Shown: in pieces, positions 51,150-60,399 of the stretch
How the letters are laid out: each line of letters opens with the position of its first letter
How positions within the stretch are numbered: position 1 is the stretch's first letter
DNA from: a virus
IMG/VR virus record: IMGVR_UViG_3300042516_001464
Location: 3,812-67,811 of that record
DNA length: 64,000 bases
Reading direction: 5' to 3' (one strand)
Made by a program: the position numbers and the translations under genes
The notes under the pieces: generated by a model
Databases searched by the model: none
Told to the model about the DNA's origin: nothing
The model's input: the letters and a program-made list of their open reading frames with translations, nothing else

Positions 51150-51763
51150 TGCACTACGCACTAAACGCACCAGTTCCGCAGCACATCTACGGATATGTTG
51201 AGAAGAGAATCCTATTCGGTCTTGATGATGTTGAAGGATACGAACCTTGCGTAATTACTGGCGTGACATCTATCCCAGGGCGAGCATTGCACTTCTCTAT
51301 TCTCTGCGAAAGCGGGGCGCAATGGGCAAGGATTCCGATACATTGCTTATTCCACAAGCTACCATGCGGTGATCAGAAGCCCGTGTATGAGGTTTTTGAC
51401 CTTCAGATGTGGGACTGCATGGGTCTGGAGTTTAGCGTTGTTCAATACACATATTTTCGAGAGATGTCTTGCACCTTCCGAAATAGGGAAGGCGTGTGTG
51501 TTCCAGCTCAATATTGGTTCACGCTGGATCATACCGACAACGGATATAGTCTGTCTCCAACACAACACAAATGCTTTCACTTATTGAAATGTTGTGATGG
51601 GTCCGGGCAGATCGCAGCCATGCCGAATAATAGAATCGTGTGGCATGATCCATCGTTTGTTAAGCTTGGTGATGTTCCTAAATATAAAGTGATGGCAGAT
51701 GTGACATGGCACTGCGAGCAACAAGCTCTTGACAATCCGCACGATACAGCATTTACTGAATAA
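51149..51763 (+). CDS. Conserved-looking phage hypothetical protein
   Basis: GRALHF..ESGAQW.R.P, LQMWDC, HK, GQIAAMPNNRI. Confidence 0.6.
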   Translation: MHYALNAPVPQHIYGYVEKRILFGLDDVEGYEPCVITGVTSIPGRALHFSILCESGAQWARIPIHCLFHKLPCGDQKPVYEVFDLQMWDCMGLEFSVVQYTYFREMSCTFRNREGVCVPAQYWFTLDHTDNGYSLSPTQHKCFHLLKCCDGSGQIAAMPNNRIVWHDPSFVKLGDVPKYKVMADVTWHCEQQALDNPHDTAFTE

Positions 51764-51917
51764 AAATTATGGCTAAATCAGACTACTACGATGACCCTGA
51801 GTCCTATTGGGAAGATAAACGATGGGCCGAAGAACAAGACGCGAGGGATAAATTAGCTCGATGGGAGAGCCAGAATCCTAATCATGTATATGGTCAACGA
51901 GAACCAGAGGAAAATTA

Positions 51918-52415
51918 ATGGCACGGGCTAAAGGACAGGACTTGACTCCAAAGGAGCGTGAGTTTTGCAAGTTTCTTGCAACCGGCATTCCAGTCTATCG
52001 TGCATTCTTCCAAGCAGGATACAAGGCAACGAATAACAAGTATGCCAGCATGAAGGGGTCTGCTATTTCTGCTCGTCCTAATTGCGCTAAGTATATTGCT
52101 GAACTGAAGGAGGCTCAGTGGCTATCGAGTGTGATGAGCATCGCTGAGAAGCGTTCTCTCATGGCTGAGATCGCCCGGTCTAAACCATCAGACATCACCG
52201 AGGATTCGCCAGTTGCCTCTATATCGATAGATGGTGAGGGAAATAGGTCGATACAAGGACCGAAAGTTTCCGACAAGCTAAAGGCCATTGAGCTTGATGC
52301 TCGTATCTCCGGCGAACTAACCCAGGAGAATGATTCCAGAACTCAGATCGCGATCCAGTTGGTGAATGATCGTCTTGAGATTCCATCTCTTGAGGTTAAA
52401 GAGATAGAAGAGTAA
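51918..52415 (+). CDS. terS: Terminase small subunit
   Basis: LTPKEREFC...AFFQAGY N-terminal HTH; DKLKAIEL. Confidence 0.75.
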   Translation: MARAKGQDLTPKEREFCKFLATGIPVYRAFFQAGYKATNNKYASMKGSAISARPNCAKYIAELKEAQWLSSVMSIAEKRSLMAEIARSKPSDITEDSPVASISIDGEGNRSIQGPKVSDKLKAIELDARISGELTQENDSRTQIAIQLVNDRLEIPSLEVKEIEE

Positions 52416-52455
52416 ACAAAAAACCCGCTCCGATTAAAGAGCGGGTGTTTTGTTT
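52414..52455. terminator. Bidirectional terminator
   Basis: AAACAAAA-ACCCGCTC...GAGCGGGT-GTTTTGTTT between convergent genes. Confidence 0.8.
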
Positions 52456-52480
52456 AGCTTGTATTTAGCTTGCGTTTAGC

Positions 52481-55432
52481 TTACTCGCAGATGTCTGCTC
52501 GCTTTGTGATGCGCGTGAATGCTGCGTCTCCTTTGCGTTTGAATGACAGAACTTTGCCGCACTTTGATACGATACAGCAGTTCTGCTTGATGTTTTCCAT
52601 CCCATAAATCTCTGCCATTGCGAGGGATTCAAATGTGATGTCCTGCGATGCCGTTGAGAGCTTGACGAATGTCATTATCCGTTCCTCCTTGCGCGATTGA
52701 GTGCTGCGCGACATTGCATCATCAACAATGTGTCACCGTCACCATAGGCATCGAGGACTGCTTCCAGTGCCTCCATCATTTCTCGCCTTGAAGACTCGCC
52801 GGATAGTGGTGAATCTTTGAATCTGAATAGTGGTTTCTGTTTATGTAATGCGTGTGTTCTCATTTTTTCTTTGGGTTGTATGTTGATTGGAATCTTGGTG
52901 TTTGCTGAGTGTTGGCTGATGCGTTCCAGAGTCTCATGTAGGCTTCTGGAGGCAGGCAATGGCTTCCGATGGTTGTTTTGCTTGGTATTGTTTTCATTGT
53001 GTGTTTTGTGTTTGTTTCTGTCATAATCTGACAGCTTCCGGCATGATTGCCAGACTGCTGCACACTCCGTAGAATGTGCAGAGTGTCTGACTATTCCCCT
53101 CGCGCCTCTGATATAGCTTTGTGACAGATTGCGATGATGTCTGCTCGGCAGTCATTCTTTTCGCAGGCTAATACCGCGATCTGCATTAGTGCTTCTAACA
53201 TCATTGGCGCTGATGCCTTAACAGGGTCGAATTTGCGTTTGCGTTTCACTTTTGTCCATGAGTATGGTGTGTTTTTCATTTTGAGAATGTTGCTTTTACT
53301 TGGTGAGGTGAAATGTATGGGTGTGCAGCAAGGAATTTAGCTTTCGCTTCCTTACAGGTCTTGCTCCATGTTGTTGAGCATTCGTAGACCCAACCGGAAT
53401 TTGGTAGGCCGCGCAAGAATCGGCGTGTGTAGATGTCTATTTTCACTTGTAAACCTTTCCAAGGCGCTCCATTTCGCGCCACATCGCTTTGTATCGAGGA
53501 ACATTTCGGCGTTGACCATCCCGGCGAATCCATTCCGCATCGTGGAGTGTTCCGTCCGGCCAATACCAAGCCGTGCATTTTCCGGTCCAACATGGTGATG
53601 TGATGTCCCGCAGGACGAATTCACCGGCAGCGAATATGCCTCCGGATAGTATTTGTTTTCTTATCTTCATTTGGCGTTTGTAGCAGTCAATCATATTTCG
53701 CGTGTTTTGTATTCAAAATGCGCCCAAATGGCTTGATTGATGCGCTCCAGATCAGTAGCGCCGGACAAGTGTGATTCGACTGCAATGAAGAATGCGGTCA
53801 AATCCTCATCGATTGGCTGATCGTAAAGACCATTCGCATCATCGCCCTGGAAATAATTCAAGCCGACAATCATTTCATTTTCTGTAGTGACAACGATGTG
53901 CCTGTCGTGATCGGCACACCAGTATAGTTCTTTGCTTTTTATTCTCATGGTGTTGTATGTGTTTATTGTTAACGATTGCGGAAAGGCTTTAGCCTCTCCC
54001 TGCTGCCTCCCCCGATGTTGAGAGAGGCAGTATGGGAGCGTCTAAATCTTCCCTAATGCGCTTTCTAAATCGCGCCTTAGTGTGTTTCTGATTAGATCAG
54101 CCTGCTTCCGGGCATGTTCCATTATTTTGCCTGCCTCCTCGTTTGCATCTTTTATGGTGTATTTTGCCTGCTCCCGTGCGGTGTTGAGCATTCCATCATG
54201 CAATCGGCGTGTTTCACTCCATGAGGATGTCGGAAGGATGTCGCACTTCATGTCATGCTCAATGAAGGGGATTTGATCTCGCAGCCATTCACCGCAATAG
54301 GAGTCGATTCCAAGTGTGTTGACGGCTTCTAGGAGGATTTGGATTTCTTGTGCTTTGGTCATGTGTTTGGGTTTTGTTGAGGGTTGGATTTTTGCGTAGC
54401 ATGATTCATGCCAGTGAATGTTTGCGTTTGCGTGTGTTCCCATCCGGCGAGGAGAGAGTGAATCAGACTAGCCTCTCGTTTTGAGATGCGTTGCCTCGAT
54501 GTGTTGATGCATTGCTGGACAGCCTCCCGCGAATATAGTGGACGCTGAGTGTGGATCGTGTGTGTTCTCATGTTTTTAGTTTTGTTTACTGTTAACCTCG
54601 AAAGAATATCCCAGCTTGTCGCAATAGTGTGTTGTGAGCGTGAATCGCGAAGGATCGTCCCATCCTTGTCGTGTCATGTGTTTTTCAACCCATGCCCAGG
54701 CCGCTTTTTTGTGGACCTCCTCGCCCGATAGCTCGTATGGGTATGGGATTGACTTTGTTTTTCCTCCGAATGTTGCTTTGATTCGAGAGCCTGTCGTATC
54801 GGTGGCCGGAATGTATTTGGTGCGTATTAGGATTAGCATAAGATGAAAATGAGTGTTGATGTGATGAGTGATAGTGTGAGGAGCAGGTGAAAGAAACGGG
54901 CCTTTGCTAGTGTGTTTTGCTTGTGAGAGTTAAGTTTATTCATGTGTTTTTCTCCTTATTTCATTCCACAGATTGTTTTAAGTTCGGCTTTTAATGCTTT
55001 CGCCTTTTCGCCTCGATAGGATGAAGCGTTGCATAGAAAGTATCGGACGATACTTTCGCCGGAATCATAGCCATAACTATCCTGGAGCGTGTTCAGTTCC
55101 ATCATGGCAGCGAGGTAGGGTCTTGCCGCAAAGTTAACTTTGCTTCCCCAGTCTGAGCGGATATCGCGGGCAATTGCACTTAGTGTGCGTGTGTGTGTTT
55201 TGTCTGACATAGTTTTTGGTGTTTGGTGTTTGGTGTTTGGTTTTTATTTGAAGCGGGCTTTTTGTTCATCCGTTCCATGTTTGGCAACGGTTTCCTTTAC
55301 TTTTTCCAATGTATATAGTTTGCGAAAAACCCGGCTAGGGTAAAACCCGCCGAACATGTTCGGAGACCCTGGGAAGATTAATGTCACTGGGTATTTTCCA
55401 TCACGCCTGGGTTGAGATATTTGAATTGTCAT
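52481..55432 (-). other. Cluster of ~13 small leftward early-type ORFs (e.g. 52481-52675, 52675-52863, 53091-53279, 53276-53446, 53443-53694, 53691-53948, 54042-54362, 54359-54571, 54576-54839, 54956-55210, 55244-55432)
   Basis: Tightly packed same-strand small ORFs with overlapping stop/start codons and CA-rich leaders. Confidence 0.65.
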
Positions 55433-55513
55433 ATATTTAGTGTGTTTAATGTGTTTAATTCTGGCAATCCCGCCAGACTACGCCCGCCCATTAAAGAGCG
55501 GGCGCTTGTCTGA

Positions 55514-56188
55514 TTAGATTACAAAACCGGATGTGTCTTTTTTCGCTTTGCCTTTAGCCTTTAATGCGACAACAACGCCCCTAGGGTCCAAGAATCGCAA
55601 ATCAGACTCGTCTCCATTAAAGCAGACTTTGCCTTTCCATGTTTTAGGGATGTCAGAAAATACCGCCGCAATGTTCCCTCCTCTTTCCATGATCTCATCA
55701 CAGGCAGCCTCGTTATCCTCTTTTCTGGAAAATGTGAGAGAGTAATTTTGGGGAAGCTTCCCATCTAAAAAATCAAGCATCCTTTGCTTGTTAGGTGTAT
55801 AGTCATAAAATGGGACATCTGGAAAGGATTCCATTAATCCCATTTTGTGCCATGGAATATCGCTAGTCCCATTTAAACGCACGCAAGGCAACATCCCGGC
55901 TTTTTCCGCCTTCTTTACTAAAGCTTGAATATCCTTTTTGAGATCATTTAAAAATGCATTTTTATCCTTAAAAAATGCTAGCGTCTTGCGGAGACGAGCA
56001 GATTTGACATTATCAAACGCCCCCCGCCCTGCGGAGAAAAGACAAGCGGCGCGACATCCGGCGCTTGCGTGCGGACAAACATTCCGTCCGCTAATGTCTG
56101 CAGGAGTCAAATAAAGGATGCCGGTCATGTAGCCTTTAGCCTGGCCTTTTTTAGTTTTTGCGTTTGTATCAATAGATAGTAATTTCAT
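55514..56188 (-). CDS. gp88-like protein with a Cys cluster (radical SAM-related)
   Basis: VCPHASAGCRAACLF, VRLNGTSDI, FYDYT, GDESDLRFLD. Confidence 0.7.
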   Translation of the reverse strand: MKLLSIDTNAKTKKGQAKGYMTGILYLTPADISGRNVCPHASAGCRAACLFSAGRGAFDNVKSARLRKTLAFFKDKNAFLNDLKKDIQALVKKAEKAGMLPCVRLNGTSDIPWHKMGLMESFPDVPFYDYTPNKQRMLDFLDGKLPQNYSLTFSRKEDNEAACDEIMERGGNIAAVFSDIPKTWKGKVCFNGDESDLRFLDPRGVVVALKAKGKAKKDTSGFVI

Positions 56189-56236
56189 GGGATTTGATTT
56201 GAATTGATTTGATGCCATTGCGGCATCTCATGACAT

Positions 56237-56252
56237 AGCAAAGCCCGTGCCA
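56237..56252 (-). promoter_or_regulatory. Sigma54-type -24/-12 promoter (TGGCACGGGCTTTGCT)
   Basis: Exact TGGCAC-N5-TTGC match facing the early genes; weaker copies at 56298-56313 and 56429-56444. Confidence 0.65.
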
Positions 56253-56314
56253 GCTTTTCAGTGTATTTTCTCCAATGGTTTACGCGAAAAAATACGTAGC
56301 ACATTCCATGCCAA

Positions 56315-56369
56315 GGCATTTTTTGCCGCTTTTCTAGGCAATTCTTGCCGGTAGCAGGCAACATTTGCC
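56315..56369. promoter_or_regulatory. Three GGCA-N5-TGCC palindromes (candidate activator sites)
   Basis: At 56315, 56337 and 56357; spaced 22 and 20 bp. Confidence 0.55.
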
Positions 56370-56779
56370 CAGGTCATTTGACTCGATTCTTGCAAGTGGA
56401 AAATATCCAGGGCTTTGCGCGGAATCGCAGCAGATAGTGTGCCAATATTGGAAAGAATAAGGGGAAAAGGATTAATCGCTGTATCGCTGTACAGCGATAT
56501 TTGCTAGGATGCATTGGCAAGGCGTCCGTCATTCATTCCGGCGACATCATGCCGACATCGCATCCGGCGATATCATGCGGATCATTGGCAAGCTATCGCA
56601 TCCGGTGGCCTGCCATCCGGCTTTCAATTTTGGGCAATGGTGACATAGCAGCCAATCAAACAAAACGATTCTTGCGCCCTCCTCACTCGATTATTCTTGC
56701 AAGCTACTTGCAACAAAGGGGATGCGTCCACTATCTACTACCCATCTTATCGGAAGTTATAGAATTAAATCATTGCAAT

Positions 56780-56975
56780 GCAACACGATACAACGCAAGC
56801 GGCACAGCGCAGCGGCGCAGCACAGCGGAGCGGAGCGGATGACATAAGAGCGGAGGGACGGCGCAGCGGCACAGCACAGCACAGCGGAGGGTGGCACAGC
56901 GTAGGGGTGGCACAGCGTAGAGCGGAGGGCGGCAGGGGTGACGGGGCGGGGGGGTACGCAGCCGGTGCGTGGCAC
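56780..56975 (+). repeat. GC-rich, purine-skewed degenerate repeats (GCACAGCG / GCGGAG)
   Basis: Multiple gcacagc copies in a non-coding region. Confidence 0.75.
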
Positions 56976-57023
56976 GGAAACTATGCCCCAAATAAAAATA
57001 TAAAAATATAAAAATAAAAAACT

Positions 57024-57097
57024 TACCCTCGGCTGGGATCGAACCAGCAACCATCGAATTAGAAGTACGATACTCTATCCTATTGAGCTACGAGGGT
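57024..57097 (-). tRNA. tRNA-Arg (UCU), no encoded CCA
   Basis: Cloverleaf: acceptor ACCCTCG/CGAGGGT, D arm GCTC/GAGT, anticodon loop CT-TCT-AA, T arm GCTGG-TTCGATC-CCAGC. Confidence 0.9.
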
Positions 57098-57272
57098 GTA
57101 ATGTTCTGTATGTGGGGCGTTACGCTGGTTAATGTTGCGTATATGGTGTGTTAAGTGTTGTTTTGTTGTTTAATGCGTCAAATTTGAGTCGTTATGCTAT
57201 GACGGATGATTTATATGTCATAGAGATAAAAACGCGATATAGGGCATCCTCGCGCAATTGTGGGTATATATT

Positions 57273-57584
57273 TTAAGCGTTGTTGCTACTGGTATCTGAA
57301 TCGGTGGATTCTTCTTTGCGGACTATATAGGACATATCGATTCCTTGGGTTTGCATGAATTGAAGGATTATTTCTTGGTCCCTTTCGAGTTCTTCTACCT
57401 TTTCGATGAGTTCCTCTGTGTCTTCTATGAGTTCTGCTCTTTCTTCTTTGAGTTGTTCTATGATTGATCCGAGGAATCTTACGCCTTCTGTCATGGCCTG
57501 GGCTATCTTTACTGGATCACCCTTGCCTTTAGATAGGGAGGCGATTGCTTCGTCTATGGCTACGAGTTGTGGGAATGGGGTCAT
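57273..57584 (-). CDS. Coiled-coil hypothetical protein
   Basis: 103-aa ORF. Confidence 0.55.
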   Translation of the reverse strand: MTPFPQLVAIDEAIASLSKGKGDPVKIAQAMTEGVRFLGSIIEQLKEERAELIEDTEELIEKVEELERDQEIILQFMQTQGIDMSYIVRKEESTDSDTSSNNA

Positions 57585-57856
57585 ATGAGAGATAGTTTAT
57601 CACACTTGTCCAGTACACACCCTCTGGAATATGTGTGAGGAAAATTGATTTTTATTGAGTGTTTCCCTACACAGCATTTCAGAAACCCCTATAATGTGTG
57701 GGGAGCGTGGGGAGCGTGGAGAACCATACCACATATTCAGCACTCCTCTCTCCTTTAGGTGTGCGACAAATTGGTTTTTAAATGAAATCTCCCTACACAG
57801 GCGTTTCAAAATCCCTATAATGTGTGTGACACTTTTGTGTATCGCGTGGAATGGGG

Positions 57857-58227
57857 TCATATTGGGATAGCAGTGATGCGGGACTTTAGTTCTTCTCCGT
57901 TGTATTTAAAGGTTACTACATCGTATCCTTGCTCGTCTTCCTCGATGTTTATGAACTCTACCTCTCGCATGGGGATGAACTCACCATTAGTTAGGTGAAG
58001 GCAGGGTTCACTTAACATTTGTGGTTTAGCCTTCATTTGGCAGCTATTACCTTTAGGATAAAAACGCATACCAAAAGTAGAAATATAAGTGCAAAATTAA
58101 CCAATAGAGGCGATAACACCAACCACCAACTCCAGTCAATCACGCTCGTTAGCTTCAGCGTAATGAATATCAAGGTAAGATAATTACAGAAGCTGCCTCC
58201 AATATATATTGTTTTTTTGTCGCTCAT
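57857..58227 (-). CDS. Two small ORFs (57857-58069 and membrane protein 58033-58227)
   Basis: TLIFITLKLTSVIDWSWWLVLSPL transmembrane motif. Confidence 0.55.
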
Positions 58228-58240
58228 AGTGTTAAAAGTA

Positions 58241-58315
58241 ATCCCCGCTGTAGTAGTCCCCCGCTACGCAGAGGCATTGCCCCACTACACTTTCGTCCGG
58301 CATAAGAACGGGGAA
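58241..58315 (-). ncRNA. Candidate small structured RNA
   Basis: Closing stem UCCCCGUU/AGCGGGGA, inner GUAGU/ACUAC stem and a GAAA hairpin. Confidence 0.45.
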
Positions 58316-58319
58316 ATTG

Positions 58320-58541
58320 TTACTTTGCGTTATTTATAATTTTCTTTAGTCCATCCTTTAGATTAAACAGAGTGCATTGATCTCCGTCTGCCAAATGTGC
58401 GTTTTCCTTTAGGCAGGCTTTAACCAACTTGATTAACTCATTCCTTTGATGTTCCATCATTCGTGAAACATCAGCCAACCTAAAACTCCATTGTCCTTTG
58501 CTATCAAGAATAGCCTGGTCGGTTTCTGGCGTTTTAATCAT
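58320..58541 (-). CDS. Hypothetical protein
   Basis: TPETD...EHQRNE; coupled ORF. Confidence 0.5.
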   Translation of the reverse strand: MIKTPETDQAILDSKGQWSFRLADVSRMMEHQRNELIKLVKACLKENAHLADGDQCTLFNLKDGLKKIINNAK

Positions 58542-58780
58542 TTCATGGATTTACTTCCCCGGCATTTCCATTTTTTCCTCGACAGGCGGTTTGGGCTATT
58601 CGGATCATTCTTCCAGTCACCCTTGATCTTAGCGGATCGAGCGCAATACGCATCACCACGCTTTGAGCCTGGATCAACATTTGCTCCTTTTTGTCCGTAA
58701 GAAACCTTACGAGTTCTTCCTGTCTGTGGATTTTTTACTATTTTAACTGACGCTTTGCCAGTTGCAGGTTTTGATTTCAT
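58538..58780 (-). CDS. Small basic protein (DUF6321-like)
   Basis: SYGQKG...YCARS...SPNRLSRKKWKC. Confidence 0.6.
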   Translation of the reverse strand: MKSKPATGKASVKIVKNPQTGRTRKVSYGQKGANVDPGSKRGDAYCARSAKIKGDWKNDPNSPNRLSRKKWKCRGSKSMK

Positions 58781-58932
58781 TTCTTCTTTGCAGTTTTTGC
58801 TGATTGTTTGAATGCTTGTGCTGTAGGAGCGCCCTTGCTACCCGGCTTCCTCATCTTCTCGCCACTTCCGGCAGCGATGCGATTGCGTTTAGCGTGAATT
58901 GCGGCATAAAGCCCTTGTGGTTTCTTATTCAT
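58777..58932 (-). CDS. 51-aa basic peptide
   Basis: Manually translated GLYAAIHAKRNRIAAGSGEKMRKPGSKGAPTAQAFKQSAKTAKKK. Confidence 0.65.
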   Translation of the reverse strand: MNKKPQGLYAAIHAKRNRIAAGSGEKMRKPGSKGAPTAQAFKQSAKTAKKK

Positions 58933-59528
58933 ATTTTTTGTGTGGTTTGTGAAAGTAGCCTTGAACTAAATCGCCGTTTCTACGATATATGTAGCCATTA
59001 AAAAGTTCTTTGATTGCTCGGAAAAGGTCTTTGGTTAGGCATTTTTTATGAATGCGAACAGGCGTGTCTTCTACTTTTGCTGGAGATTTAAGCTCCATAT
59101 CGCATACAGCGCATTTCATTTCTTCACCTTCCCTGCTGTTGTAACATAAAACCTTATGTTTTGTCCATCTGTTAAATCTTTTTTCAAGAAAACATGAGCG
59201 GATTCAACTATTGTCCCCTCATCATTTGACCTATTTATGACATTCTTAAGAGCAGTGTTGATGTCTTCCACTATCATTTCAAAAAGCGCAGAGTTCTCAT
59301 TATGCTTTTCTGTATTGATCCATTCAGTTAAAACTGCATGACACTTAACATTTTGCTCCATACTATTTCTTCTTCCAGTCAATTTCGTCGTAGTTGTCCC
59401 AATACTTCTTTGTGATTGGTCTTGGTTTATCGCCCTTGCCAGCTCCATCAGTTTTGGATTTCAACGCCTTGATTCTGGCTTTCCTATCATCGTCGTGTTT
59501 TAGTTTCATTGTGGTTTTTTTAAAGTTT

Positions 59529-60345
59529 CGCAGGAACGAGTATGCATCCTCTTTTCAGGTGTTGGGTTGCCAAGGTTACGCCTCCTACCCCGCTATGCAG
59601 CGGATCGGTGACTCGGTAATATACCTCCCAACCTCGATGTGGCAGTGGCTAGAAATCCCTAACCTAACCGCTCATCCGGCAATTATTACACCTGCCTGCT
59701 ATATTAGTCTCCTCAACTATAGCGTCCTATAGTCTCATCTGTTAATTCAGATTCGGGCGATGCCAGAACAGGTCTGACAGAGCGGTAACCGGAAGTAGTT
59801 TTGATACGGGTTGGCGCGTTACTACCAATCATGGTTTCAGTTTCGGCCCCATGTAATGCCGATAGGCTGTTGATGCCAGTTAAACAAGGTTGCTTCAAAG
59901 CTCGCAACTTAGCTGCATGACTCCATGCTTCCCGTAAAGTTTACTACCAAGACCTTTCATTACCTTTCGGTGAAAAGTTCCCTACAGAGTAAATGTTGAT
60001 TCTAGACTCATTGCATTGTCTTCTGTCGCGGATATAGCTTTGCAGGCTTATGCGCTTGGTAGTTTGCAATCCAGTTAATGTTAGCTCTTGTCGCATCCAT
60101 GGGGCTTACGAGACGAGGGCATGAACCCCGTTTCCATTAACCAGATTAAATATATCAAAGATCATTACCACTGATTCGCATCGCTGGCTCAATGGTCAAG
60201 CCTCTGTGGATTCCCTGCCTCTGGCAGATAATAAAATTGGGGCTGTCTCTCCAGCCATGTCACGCCTTACACCAGTTAATGGAACTGGCAACTAAGGTGG
60301 GCGTTCACCGACTTATGGAAATGTGGTCGTTCAGCGACTCCAAGG
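59529..60345 (-). ncRNA. Array of candidate structured ncRNAs, including an ~400-nt module at 59529-59935
   Basis: Successive self-closing stems with G-U pairs and a GAAA loop on the minus strand; no credible ORF. Confidence 0.6.
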
Positions 60346-60399
60346 AAATAGTTTATTTGTCATGTATTTAATTTATTTTATTTTAAAAAAAAGTAAAGC

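Noticed and set aside
56501-57054. Several ORFs over the GC-rich repeat region
   Set aside because: Low-complexity, open on both strands, and partly overlapping the tRNA
58241-58315. c-di-GMP-I riboswitch (GCCUC..GUAGCGGGG resemblance)
   Set aside because: Lacks the GCAAA P2 start and tetraloop-receptor P3; similarity is only local
59394-59907. ORFs of 112 aa and 64 aa over the structured region
   Set aside because: TTG starts, atypical composition; better explained as RNA structure
59529-59935. tmRNA, RNase P RNA or group I intron
   Set aside because: No T-arm/CCA end, no GAGGAAAGUCC core, no interrupted host gene
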